Below, one piece after another: positions 23,775 to 35,155 of a DNA stretch of 64,000 nt (positions are counted from its first letter, which is position 1; each line of letters starts with the position of its first letter). Origin of the DNA: Caecitellus pseudoparvulus. Taxonomy: Eukaryota; Protista; Bigyra: Bicosoecida. Under the pieces are notes generated by a model. That model saw nothing but the letters and a program-made list of their open reading frames with translations, searched no databases and had not been told where the DNA came from. The translations under genes were made by a program, and so were the position numbers. The DNA is taken from NCBI GenBank assembly GCA_965644315.1, contig CBFFRQ010000028.1, forward strand, positions 118,994-182,993, written 5' to 3'.

Positions 23775-26506
23775 TCATGTGGCTGCTGCAATGGTTGGCA
23801 GGCGGACAGCGGTGGACACGTCGGGAAGGGAAGGGAGCACATCGTCTGGCTCTTCGTCAAGTGGGATCACGGGGAAGGAAAGCTTGGCGATCGGGACTGG
23901 CTTTGGCAGCGGAGGACGGATGCGTGGGGGCACGGGAACCTTCGCCAGGTCCACGCGGATGACAGGCACGAAGCCGAGCGCCGCGGCAGCCTTGTCAAGG
24001 GGGGTCGGGTCCCGCTGCACCACAGCAAAGGAATCTCCAACGAGAGCTGCAGCTGTTGCAGTGTCCTCTGCCGCACGTCGAAGCACCTTTGGCGTGGGCG
24101 GGCCGAGTGAGTCTGCTCCCGGCGTAGTAGGCTCTTCCCCTCCGAAGCTAGGCGTGAGTTGGGGCAGCAGCGCTGCCTCGGACCACGTCCGGGGTCGACA
24201 GGGCCCCTTGCCGGCCTTGTTCGTGATTGAGACACACAAAGGGCCTTGTGCGGCGTCAAGGAGCTCCCCTGTCTGGGCTCGGGCGGAGATGCTGAGCGTG
24301 GAGCCGATGGACGTGTCCCGCGACACTTGGGGAGTGGGGGCCTCGCCACTCGGGTCGCCAACGCTGGAGCCAGCCCCCCCCCCAGCCTGATCGGGTGTCT
24401 CTGCGCTCGCACCAGTGACATGGATGGGCAAAGTCAGGGAAATGCTCAAGCTTTGCCCGAATGGGGTGGCGCTTGCACGCCCAAGAGTTTCCTCTGTCAA
24501 ACTCGAAAACGCGGCAAGCGGCAAGCTGCTCGTCGAAAACACTGATTCCGATCGGTACGGTTCACCAGGCGTGATGGAACGCCCTGGTAGGGCACCGCCA
24601 CTGAAGCTCGATCCGTCGCCGGGTGCCAAGCTTTCTTGCGCGAACTCCACAGAGTTTGAGACGAGGCGCCCGATGGGAAGGTACTGAACCTCGGCGCAAC
24701 CACTGCTGTCAGCCACCCCGGGGTGTGGAGGGCCACAGGGGTCGCCGGACTTGCCGCTGAGCAGGACACTCTGCAGTGCTGCCAAGGCCATGGCGGGATG
24801 GTGCAGCGCAGCCGACGGCCCAGGCGCAGACTTCACTTGCCCCCACGCTGCAACAGTGAGTGCCGTGAATGTCTCTGGTGCGCCTGCCAACTTTTCATCC
24901 CGCAGCTCGTGGCGGAGCAGCCAATGCGCGAGGGTATATGCTGTGGGCACCGAGACATGGAAGGCGCACGCTTGGAGCATGCACCCCTCTACTACGCCCA
25001 ACGCGTGACCCAGCGCGGCCTTTGTACTTTTGCGCACAGAAGATGTCACCGTTTGCCAAGCTGCACGCAGGGCTCGTGACCTGTCTTGCCACGTGCGAGG
25101 GTCAAACTTTGCCTGCATGACGTCAGCGAAGCCGAAAGGCAGACCTGCTTGTCGCAGCCCCAGCGCGACGCAGACGTAGTCATTCAGCACAGGGTTGTTC
25201 GCCACTTGAGCAGCGTGCGCGCCGGCATGAAGAACAGCTCTGAATGACTCCAGCAGCAAGTACAGCTCCCCATCCCCTTGCACGACTGTGCGAGTGTTGC
25301 CGACTTCCTCGCACGCATCAGCGGCGGCTTCCAGAATGTCCAGGCTGTCCGTCACTCCCTTTATGCACGTGCCGTGCGCCGCCAGCTCTTGTGCAGCAAC
25401 TGCAGGGTTCAAGGCCGCCTCCGAGCAGGCGTGAATGAAGGCAAGTGTGGCATCTGCCCTTGTCGAAACTGTGTGGCAAGCGCGGGTCGGCGTCCGTGGC
25501 AGTGCTGGAGTGGGAGGCGACTTTGAGCAGGGCGGCATGTTTTGAGCGTCGCCTGACGCTGACGACACTCACTCTGCCTGCTCGATTCCAGCACGCTCCG
25601 GACGAGCTCCAGAGGCTGGGCTAGCACCTCGCAAAGCATGAACTTGACGCCTTCCACCAACTCGCTGCTCCTGAGCGAACCGCTGTCCTTCACTGCAGAG
25701 GAAAGAAAAGGCGGAGTACTCTCAAACTGCAGGCAAGGATGTAACGCGCTGAAAACTGGCAGCACTTCACTCCACTTGCCGCTCGCCAACGCGAGCTGCC
25801 GTGGCAGCCTGCACAGCATCCTTGCAGGACCTCATGCATGCCGTGCTCGGCCCAGCCAGCAAGCAAGGGTGACTACAGTTGACGCACAGTGACGCAAGCC
25901 ACGTTTGCGCTGCCCCACCACGCCACTGCACACGTGGTGGCGAAGCAGCGGGCCGCACGGCTTTCTGCCGCACAAAGCACGTACCCGCGAGCACATACGC
26001 AGACACTGCGTGTAGGAGTAGCACAAAGGGGACTCCTTCGTCTTCATACTGCTGGGCTGGTAAGGTTTTGCAGTGCTGCGCCACGCCATGCGTTGTCTGT
26101 TGCGTCCAGGACTTCACCGCGGACTCCCAATCTGCGCCAGTCACCCTGCAATGCTCCGCGGAGAGCGCCGCCTCGTGCTCTTGAAGCACACCTTCCTGCC
26201 AATTTGGTGATGTAAATGCCTTGTCGAGGATCTGTGGCGCGAGGAGCTCCTCCGCAGCGTTCAGGCATCGCGCATGAAGGCCAAGCGGATGCAAAGCGTC
26301 CGCACCCTTGCAGCTGTGAAGACGACGCCGTCGTCCCCGCCTTTCACGGTGCGAGTGTGCAGTGACACCAGCATGCCCAAGACGGCTGCTCTGTGAATCC
26401 TGTAGGTGCCGTTCCACTCGTCGGGGAGCGCGGTAGAGGGCGTTTGAGGCGCCTCGCCCTGCTCAAAGCACTGCGCAACCAGCGCAGGGAAGGAAACTGC
26501 GTCCAT
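23775..26506 (-). CDS. divergent cyclin-like protein with large insertions (multi-exon; introns include 26232-26305 and 25693-25984)
   Basis: Spliced segments HRAAVLGMLVSLH, VVFTAARILDKAF, LLLHAVSAYVLAVK, VEGCMLQACAFHVSVPTAYTL and HHPAMALAAL follow cyclin-box order. Start codon uncertain. Confidence 0.6.
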
Positions 26507-26902
26507 GCGCCTTGCCACTGATGCAAGAAGGCTCGGAACCTCAGAGATCGGGTGATCACATGCACCACATGAGGGTGGGGGGTGGTGGATGTTCGATTCG
26601 TCGCGTGGGCCAGCTGGAAGTTCAGCGGCGGTTATGATGTGCTGCGGCGGAGCTGTTGATGTGCTCCGTGTGATGCTGCAGCTGCGGCAGGTGCAGGGCT
26701 CCTCCGCAAACATGCATGTGAGGAGCGCTGCCACTTGCAGATAGCCGCTGATGCACGCAAAATCATGTTCACGGATCCCAGTCATCCGTATCTTTCCTTT
26801 GTCCGCAGACCGACTTGCAGGCCAGCATTTGTGGCCGTACAGACTGGCCGGCGCTGTGCAGAACTTTGTGCGGAATTCGAGCGCTGCTGGTCACCACGCG
26901 TC

Positions 26903-28335
26903 ATGGCTGCCTCTCAGGCTATTGTGGTCGTGAAGGTGGGCACGTCAAGCCTGATCCACCCTGAGAAGGCGACTGTCAAGGTGCCTGCCATTGCGGCTGT
27001 CGTGGAGACGGTTTGCGAGCTGCAAGAGGCCGGTTGGAGAGTGGTGCTGGTATCGTCTGGCGCCGTCGGCGTCGGCTGCACCAAGCTGAAGGTAAAGCAG
27101 CGCCCCACTGAGCTCCCCAAGCTCCAGGCTCTTGCCGCAGTAGGGCAGTGCCACCTCATGCACCTGTATGATAGCTTCCTTTCCCTGTCAGGCCGCACGG
27201 CGGCGCAGGTGTTGATGTCGGCGCACGTGCTGTCAGACCGAGAAAGCCACAGCGCCGCGACGTCCACGCTGCAGGCGCTGCTGGACATGCCAAACGTGAT
27301 CCCGATCGTGAACGAAAACGACACGACGGCGCACCAGGAGCTGCGCGTGGGCGACAACGACACGCTCAGCGCCCTCGTCGCGTCCATGGTGCATGCCCGA
27401 GCCCTGGTGCTGGTGACCGACGTGGACGCCCTGTGCACCGCCAACCCCTCCCTGGACCCCGCAGCTGTGCCTATTCGCACTGTACCAGCTGATGCCATCA
27501 CCCACCTCCGGCAGCAGCTGCTGCAAGGCGTCACGCCTCTGTCGCTCCCGAGCAGTGGCAGCGACGCCGGCGCAGCAGTCAGCGAGACCCTGGCCTCCTC
27601 GGACAGCGCCCCCTCGGCAGCAGGCTCAGGCGGCACCCAGTGGGGCACGGGTGGCATGCAGACCAAGCTGCAGTCTGCGTCGCTGGCAGCGGCGAGTGGC
27701 ACGGTCACTGCCATCGTTAGCAACGCGGCGCTGGGCAGCATCGTGTCGGCGCTGCAGGACGTCTTTGGAGCGCCTGGTTCAGAGTTCACCCCCCTCGACG
27801 AAGTGACGTCCCGCTGTGCCGCGCAGAGCTTCGGCACATGGTGCCTGCCGTCCGCTGCGTCCCAGAGCCGGACTCTCAACGCTCACAAGCGGTGGGTGCT
27901 GTCTCTCACGCCCATGGGCGCTGTGCGTGTGGACGCAGGCGCAGCAACTGCAGTGTGCGCCAAGAAGAGCCTGTTTGCTGCAGGCTGCAAGGGGATCTCT
28001 GGGGCCTGGAACGCTTCGGTGCGTGCGCACGTGTCCGCGGATGCCTGCCCTAGGCCAGCCTGTTGCCTGCTCTTGGGAACGCTAGCATAGCATTGCGCAC
28101 TACGCCCTGCAGCGCGCCCAACACGAGCACCACGCGCTATCTGTCGCAGGATGTTGTGAGAATTATTCGAGACAGCGACGGCGTGGAGCTGGGACGTGGC
28201 CTTGTGTCTCTATCATCCGCAGACCTTGAAAAGGTTCTCGGCCAAGACAGCAGCACCTTCTCCGCAGCGCTGGGCTTCCAAGCGCCCGAAGCTCTTGCAC
28301 ACCGCCGAAACATCGCTCTCCTAGTCCAAGCATGA
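26903..28335 (+). CDS. proB: glutamate 5-kinase with PUA domain; intron ~28019-28149
   Basis: Motifs IVVVKVGTSSL, VSSGAVGVG, QALAAVGQ, IPIVNENDT, GDNDTLSALVA and GTGGMQTK. PUA region VDAGA...ELGRGLV. Confidence 0.95.
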
Positions 28336-28654
28336 TTATGTTCATGCTGTGCGGATGCAAGACCCCCTGCATGCGTCCTAGCAAAGATTGTGGGGTTGGC
28401 GTGGCAGCTGGTCAAGCGTTTCGCCGCCGCACTCACGCCGCAAACTGCGCTGATGAGCGAAAGAGTGCCCGCCCTTGAGCGCAAGTGCCTCGGTTGTGGA
28501 AGCACTGGTGATGCAGAAATCCATTGGACAGTGAAAGGCAAACATTTAGCCTGGGCATGCCAAGCAGGCACAGCATGACAGGCAGGCAGGCTCCTGCTGA
28601 TGCGGAAGAGCTGGCTGGCGAAGGCAGCATGTTGGTTCTCACAGCTCTTGGTGG

Positions 28655-31600
28655 TCACCCTTCATGACTTGGAGAATGAACGAGGGTGGTCGGACTTTCA
28701 GTGAGCACGCTGGAGGTCCCCAGTTCAGCACAGACGTGCAAGAGCAGCTCCGCTGATCGCTGGCACCGTGGACTTGGCCGCAGGGGGCGCCTCCGCTTCG
28801 CTGGCTCGTCTGCTGACGAAGCTTGTGGGCTGTCCATGGATCGTTTGCACCCACCCACTCTAGCACAGGGAGAGGGTGCCGACTCGGACTCTTTGGAGGC
28901 GGCAGGGGCTGCGGCGAGTTCCAAAGACGGTGCGCCGCCGCGTTCAGCGCTCCCCTGGCCGGTGCAAAGGGCGCCTCCAGATGCCGACGCAGCAGCCGAT
29001 GCAGGTTGGTATAGCATCTGTAAGGGGAGCATTCCCTCCAAGTGGCTTTCGTGGTGTGTCGTAGCCGGTAGCTTGCTGGGCGGCACGCCGTTACGAGAAC
29101 TCCCATTCCTGCCGCACGGGGAGCTGTGCACAGGCAACGCTATACTGCGCGAGGCAGCCACCTCTGAAGGGTTTACGCCATCTGATTCCGTGTCTTTGCT
29201 TGACAGACAAATGGGCAGGTATAAGGTGACAGACAGCTGCTCGTGCTGGTGCAGTATGGACTGACCAGTCTCGTCTGGGTGGCTGCCTGCGGAGTCTGAC
29301 CCCGTCCCAAGCCCCGAGCTGGTGCGCTCCAGCGCCTGCACAGGACCATGCTGCCCAGAAGGCTTCAACATCGCTGCCACTGAGGCCAAGGTATCCGCTG
29401 GAACACCGTCCGCAGCAGTGCTATCCTCCACATTCGCTTCAAGAGTGCTGCGGCTTCGAGCCGGCTCATGCGGGTTTTCAGGCTGGTAACCCTCCGTTGA
29501 GCCACCAAGCACTCGCCCTAGACTTTCGAAGGCAAGGGCACAAGAGTCTAGTGCGCTGGCTGGCGAAGAAGCATCGTAGCACGATTGCCAGACAGCCTCG
29601 GACAGAGTCGAGACAGGAATGCGCTGGGTGCTTGCCGAAGCGTTTGCGGCAACCATGACAAGATCGTGGGCTGATGGGGCCGCCCACGCTTCGGCAAGCT
29701 CAGAGACAAGCTTTTTCTGTGAGAATTACAGCCAGGCACTTGCTGTGTGGCACTGCTGGGCTCGGTCAACGTAGGGCGCCCTCACCTGCAAGCTAGCCAG
29801 TACAGGCTGATAGGCGGCGAACAACAAGCGCTTGATGTCTTGCATGGTGTCTTCAAAAGCGTGGCCACTTCCCGTTGCACTCATGCCCTGCGAAGAGCAG
29901 CAGCGGCACGCAGGGGTACTTGGTGGTGGGCCCGCGACGCGGAGGCGACGGAATGTGAAACGCACAAGCAGCTGAAGCATCCGCGTGATGCTTTGCTCCC
30001 ATGAGGGTAGTCTCCCTGCTGTGCTGACAAGCTCGTGTAAAATGGGGCTGCTAGCGATTGCGCTTGCACACCTTACTTCCTCCTTCTTTCGCTCTAACGA
30101 GCGAGCCAGGTTCGGCAGCTCGGCAACCACTGCCCGCACGTGCTCTGGCAGCACCGCGCGCGCACGCACACCCGCAGCTTGGGCGGTATTCGTCACTCCT
30201 TCAGCGTGGTGCCCAATGTGTAGGGCAACTGCTGCAGCGTGCAAAGCGGGAATGGTGCCCTTCCCAAAGGTTTCGTCAACCACGCCCTGCCAGCACGCCG
30301 AAGGGCTGAACCAACGAGTGACGCCTGCACAGAGGGGCAGATGAGGAGCTGACATGGAACGTCGTTCAGAGCTGGTGTATGACCATGCTGTCCGGGTAAC
30401 CTGGCCTGTCCTCGACGTGGCGCATGCGAAACTCACACATTTGGCTCGAGCGCAGCAATTTGGCCAACAGCGGGACGGGAAGGTCTGTCACCTCTGCCAA
30501 GATGCATCTCACAAGGTGCTCCATGCTCGCGTGGTGCGGGTCGCCACCTGTCAACTTGCCTGCGAGAGCTCAGGTGGCGCGGGTCAATGGGCGCGCCTCA
30601 CAAAGGGCAGGTGTGGCCCAACTCACTCGAGAGGCACAACGCAGCCAGGCCCTGGGCGAGAATGGCGATGGGCAACGCGTGGTCAGGGGAAACCATAGGC
30701 AGGGAATCGTGCCAACCTGTGACAGAGTGCAGGGCTTGAGCGAAGGACGAGCTCAGCACTAGAATGTGCTGCCCCCCGCTCCACGTCGCGGCGGACAGCG
30801 CTGCCGCTTCACCCTCCCACGCCGCCCGGGAACAAAGGTGGTCCATGATCTGTGCAGCCAGCAAGCGCAGGTGTGCACAATGTGGGCCTTTACCTGGCAC
30901 AAACAGCGGCAGCTCGGCTTACCATGACAGCCCTGCAGGCCAGGGAGCTCGCCAGTTGAGCCTGGCCTGGCCCGGAGGAGGAGCATGGGGAGAAACCGGG
31001 CAGCTTGGCATCGGACCAGCAGGCTTCAGCCGCCGCCCGAAGCCAGGCCGCACAGGCCTGACGATACGAGGACCACCACATGTTCTTGTGGACCACCCCC
31101 GCCTTGTCGGCGTGGCTTGCGGCGCAGGCTGCCTGGTGCACCATGACCTGAAGCAGCTGCTGATGCCGCACTGCCGCCATGTGGCGTGTCAACGCAGATG
31201 TCCACTCGCCACCACTTGTGCCCGCTTCTTCTGGCACTCCAGAGCAGGGGTGTCCAGGAGTTGCAGCAAGTGGTCCTTCCATCAAGTCCTCGCTTGCCCC
31301 GGAGCGAATGCCACAAGCGCCCGGCCTCGGCAGCTGCTGTGGTGCAGGCGCCGTGGAAGTCCAGCGCGCTGCCGCTCTTCCTCAGAAAGGAGAGGAGTTG
31401 CAGCCCAGTGGAAGTGAACCAGGGCGGGCACTTCCCTACAGCCTGATCGGACCCGGTGAAGGGGAAACCAACGTGATCGAACGGGTCGACCTCCCTTACT
31501 TGGCGAAATGGGGCGACGAGGGGGCTGGCTGCTGACGTGGCAGTGGCTCTCAACCATGTGAAGTGGTGAATGCTACTTGGCGGCCAGGGTCTGCGGAGTC

Positions 31601-31904
31601 GCACTGGCAGCCTTCAAAAAGCGGGTGAGAAGTGTTGGGCCCCGCAAAGTGGCGGGCCAGGTGCTGTGAAGAAGGGGTGAGATCTGCTGCTCCAGGTGGG
31701 GGCTTGAGCAGCTGATGTCAAGGGTAGGTGTGACGGGACAGCATGATGGCGGAGTGGTGGGCCCACTTCTCTGCCATGCCGCCTCACGTCAGCTGACTCA
31801 CCTCTGCAGCCCAAGAGCGCTGTTGCTCTGCATAGGAGGAATGCAGTGCCTATGGACAAGGAGCTTGGGGCCGCCATACTGCAGCATCCCGGGTAAAGTG
31901 CCAC
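28655..31904 (-). CDS. putative multi-exon hypothetical protein (boundaries uncertain)
   Basis: A chain of protein-like minus-strand ORF fragments (31614-31904, 31026-31604, 30890-31285, 30598-30900, 30366-30554, 29726-30436, 28655-29656) with plausible splice sites. No family recognised. Confidence 0.4.
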
Positions 31905-32033
31905 ATGCCTTGTGCAGTGTCGCAGCAGAGTTCACAATTTGGCCATCAACTAGCACTGCCGCGCGCTTTGGCGCTTCCTTCACCTTCCTTGAGCCAGAGC
32001 CAAGACTGGGCGTTGTTACATGCTTTCACAGCC

Positions 32034-33278
32034 ATGCTGGGCGCTTGGTGTCGCGTAAATCTTCGGCGTGGCGCTGAGCAAGCACGAAGGAGGACCGTGA
32101 GGCGGCAGCTGACCACGTCACTTCCACGCCGGGCACGGCTTGTAGACGCTTCCGGACGGGAATATGAAGTACCCGACGCGCTGGTGAGTAGGCAGGCAAT
32201 TCAGATGCCTGATGTAGCTTGAATTACCGCCCTTTCTGCTCACGGGTGCCCAGGTAGCCACAATGAGGGATGATAAGGTGCCGCCTCTGCTGGCGATACT
32301 TGGTGCTGGCGGCCTTGTGCCCTACGCCTTCTACGCGGCTTCTATCGGCGGGGATGAGGAGCAGGATGGTAACAACTATGGCGCTCAGCTGCTGCATTGG
32401 ATCAAGGCGCGCACAGGAATCGATCTGGGCCTGTTCGAGGCGGCCGACACGTTCGAGGTGCGTTTCGTAAGCGTTTCAGCCATGGGACACTTCGTCAGCG
32501 AGGCAGCTCCGCCCCCGCCCCCGCAGGCAAGGCACCATTTGCTGTCTTACTCGGCATGCATTGTGAGCTTTATGGCTGCCATCCACTGGGGAGCTGCCAT
32601 GGCGAGTCCGGTGTACCGCCCTGGTGAGTCGGCTGTGGTACCCTGTCCAAACCAAGCCTGGCGCACGCCACCTTCACCGTGCGGCCGCTCGCAGGCATGT
32701 ACCTTTTTTCTGTCGTCCCACCTGTGCTATGTTGGCTGTCCCTGAACATGTCCCAGCTGTCCATGGGGGCTGAGGGCGATGGGGCCGGGGAAGGCAAGGC
32801 AGCCTCAACGCTGAAGCTGGGCGCACGCCTGGGCACATGGGACATCCCCCTCGTCAACGCATTCGTCATCCACACCGCCTGCCATGTTGGTGCGTAGCCA
32901 GTGCGTGCGTCAGTGTTGGCTGGGACGCCGCCACCCTTTCCCCCGTCACGCCACAGTGACTTTCGTCCGGGACACGGATGCCATAAAGGCCAGCGTCATG
33001 CCGCAGTGGTACCGCAAACTGCGCGTGCCGCTCGCGGGAGGGGCCGTGGCTTCCCTCATTGCCGCCATGGCCCTCATCGCCACTACGTGCGTGTTTGAGG
33101 AAGTGCGCTGTGTTGCTGCCTTGCCCACCTGCGTCTTCCGTCCGCTCCCCACAGGCCGGAGGCTGCGGCAGAGGACGCTTTCCTCCGCAAGCGGTACTTC
33201 AAGCAGCCAGATGTGGTGTATGAGGAGTACGCAAGGAGCCAGCAGGGACGTGATGAAGGCACGAACGCTTCCCGATGA
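32034..33278 (+). CDS. DUF3429/TMEM69-like membrane protein (multi-exon)
   Basis: Motifs LGAGGLVPY, YSACIVSFMAAIHWG, SVVPPVLCW and PQWYRKLRVPL. Arg-rich presequence-like N-terminus. Confidence 0.8.
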
Positions 33279-33534
33279 GGTCCTTGCGCCGACACGAAAT
33301 CCAGCGATCCATGCAAGCCCTTGAGGCGCTGCAGCTACTTGCTACCCCACGGCGAACACGGCCCTTCAAAAATGAAAAGTATATTATATTTTTAGAGTGC
33401 TGTTAGCTGACTCACTTCCCTCTGGTTCTCTGCTCGACGTGTGCTTTGAGCTCGTTTGTGGGCGCCTGTTCAATTTCCGCACACGCACTCCAGCGGCCTT
33501 CCCTGGCTGACCACTCCACGAGACAGCATCCACG

Positions 33535-34950
33535 ATGGCAGCACAAGCACAGGCCCCTACTTCACATGCCACTGCTGCCGTGGGGACAGCGGCAGAGCTC
33601 ATGGAGGGTACGTCGCTGCAGGGTGGTGGCATTGCTGTGGCATCGTCCAGCAGGCACTCTCGGACTGCCTTCTGACGCCCTGCACAGAGTTCGACACGGA
33701 CAGCAAGATGCTGTTCCAGACCACAAAGGACGTGAAACCCGTCAAGACGTTCGAGGCGATGGGCCTGAAGGAGCAGCTGCTGCGGGGCATCTACGCGTAT
33801 GGTGCGTGTGGTGCAGGGCAGCCAACGCACATCCACGCAGCCCATTCACCCAGCCCCCCCCCCCCGCTTGCGCCCCTCTGCAGGCTTCGAGAAGCCCTCT
33901 GCCATTCAGCAGCGCGCCATCATGCCGGTGCTGGCGGGGCGTGACGTCATCGCGCAGAGCCAGGCGGGGACGGGCAAGACGGCAGTGTTCGCCATCTCCT
34001 CCCTGCAGATCACGGACATCTCCCGGAACGAGCCACAGGCCCTCATCATGTCCCCCACGCGGGAGCTGGCGGAGCAGACGCAGAAGGTCATCATGGCCCT
34101 GGGGGACTACCTGAACGTCCGCTGCCACGCGTGCATCGGCGGCAAGAGCGTGGGGGATGACATTCGCCGTCTGGACTCGGGCGTGCACATCGTGTCCGGC
34201 ACCCCGGGACGTGTCTTTGACATGATAGGGCGGGGGCACCTGTCCACGCGCGGCATCAAGCTCCTGGTCATCGACGAGGCGGACGAGATGCTCAACGCCG
34301 GGTTCAAGGAGCAGATCTACGACATCTACCGCACCCTACCGGCGGAGGTGCGCGTGGTGCTGGTGTCCGCCACCATGCCCAAGGAGGTGCTGGAGCTGAC
34401 GCGGCTGTTCATGACCTCCCCTGTGCGCGTGCTGGTGAAGCGCGACGAGCTGACGCTGGAGGGCATCAAGCAGTTCTTCGTGGCGGTGGAGAAGGAGGAG
34501 TGGAAGTTTGAGACGCTGTGCGACCTGTACGACACGCTGACCATCACGCAGGCGGTCATCTTCGTGAACACCAAGCGCAAGGCGGACTGGCTGGCCACCA
34601 AGATGCGGGAGGCCAGCTTCACTGTCTCTGCCATGCACGGCGCCATGCCCCAGAAGGAGCGAGATGCCGTCATGTCCGAGTTCAGGTCGGGCGCCTCCCG
34701 TGTGCTCATCGCCACGGACGTGTGGGGCCGCGGCCTGGACGTGCAGCAGGTGTCCCTCGTCATCAACTACGACCTGCCCACGTCCCGTGAGAACTACATC
34801 CACCGCATCGGGCGCTCTGGGCGCTTCGGCCGCAAGGGTGTTGCCATCAACTTCGTCACTGACGAGGACGTGTCTGTCCTGCGTGACATTGAGCAGTACT
34901 ACGCAACGCAGATCGACGAGATGCCCATGAACGTTGCAGACATGATGTGA
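33535..34950 (+). CDS. EIF4A3: DEAD-box helicase eIF4A-III (exon junction complex core); introns 33608-33687 and 33802-33883
   Basis: Motifs [86 protein letters not shown] and [16 protein letters not shown]. Confidence 0.95.
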
Positions 34951-35155
34951 GCTGCTGTTGGCAGGGAGGGGGCTGCGAGGGGGCCGCTGGAGGGGCGGCG
35001 TGAAATGCAAGTTGCCTCTCACGGCGCCCGACCGGAGCGCCATACATTCAACACCCACGAACACCCGCGTGGTCACGCCGACGTTCACACGGAGCCCACT
35101 CACTGTGTGTGCGCTTGGGCTGTGCCCGTGGCCCCCACACGCCGCCTGCTGCACC

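Noticed and set aside
25750-25990. Apparent non-canonical GT-CG splice joining VLAG to KWSEVLP, which looks like the cyclin KYEEIYP motif
   Set aside because: A canonical GT-AG intron (25693-25984) with a strong pyrimidine tract gives an equally well-spaced VLAVK, so there is no need to invoke unusual splicing.
33366-33395. AT-rich patch with TATATTATA upstream of eIF4A-III
   Set aside because: It is a single occurrence with no transcription start data, so it cannot be supported as a promoter.
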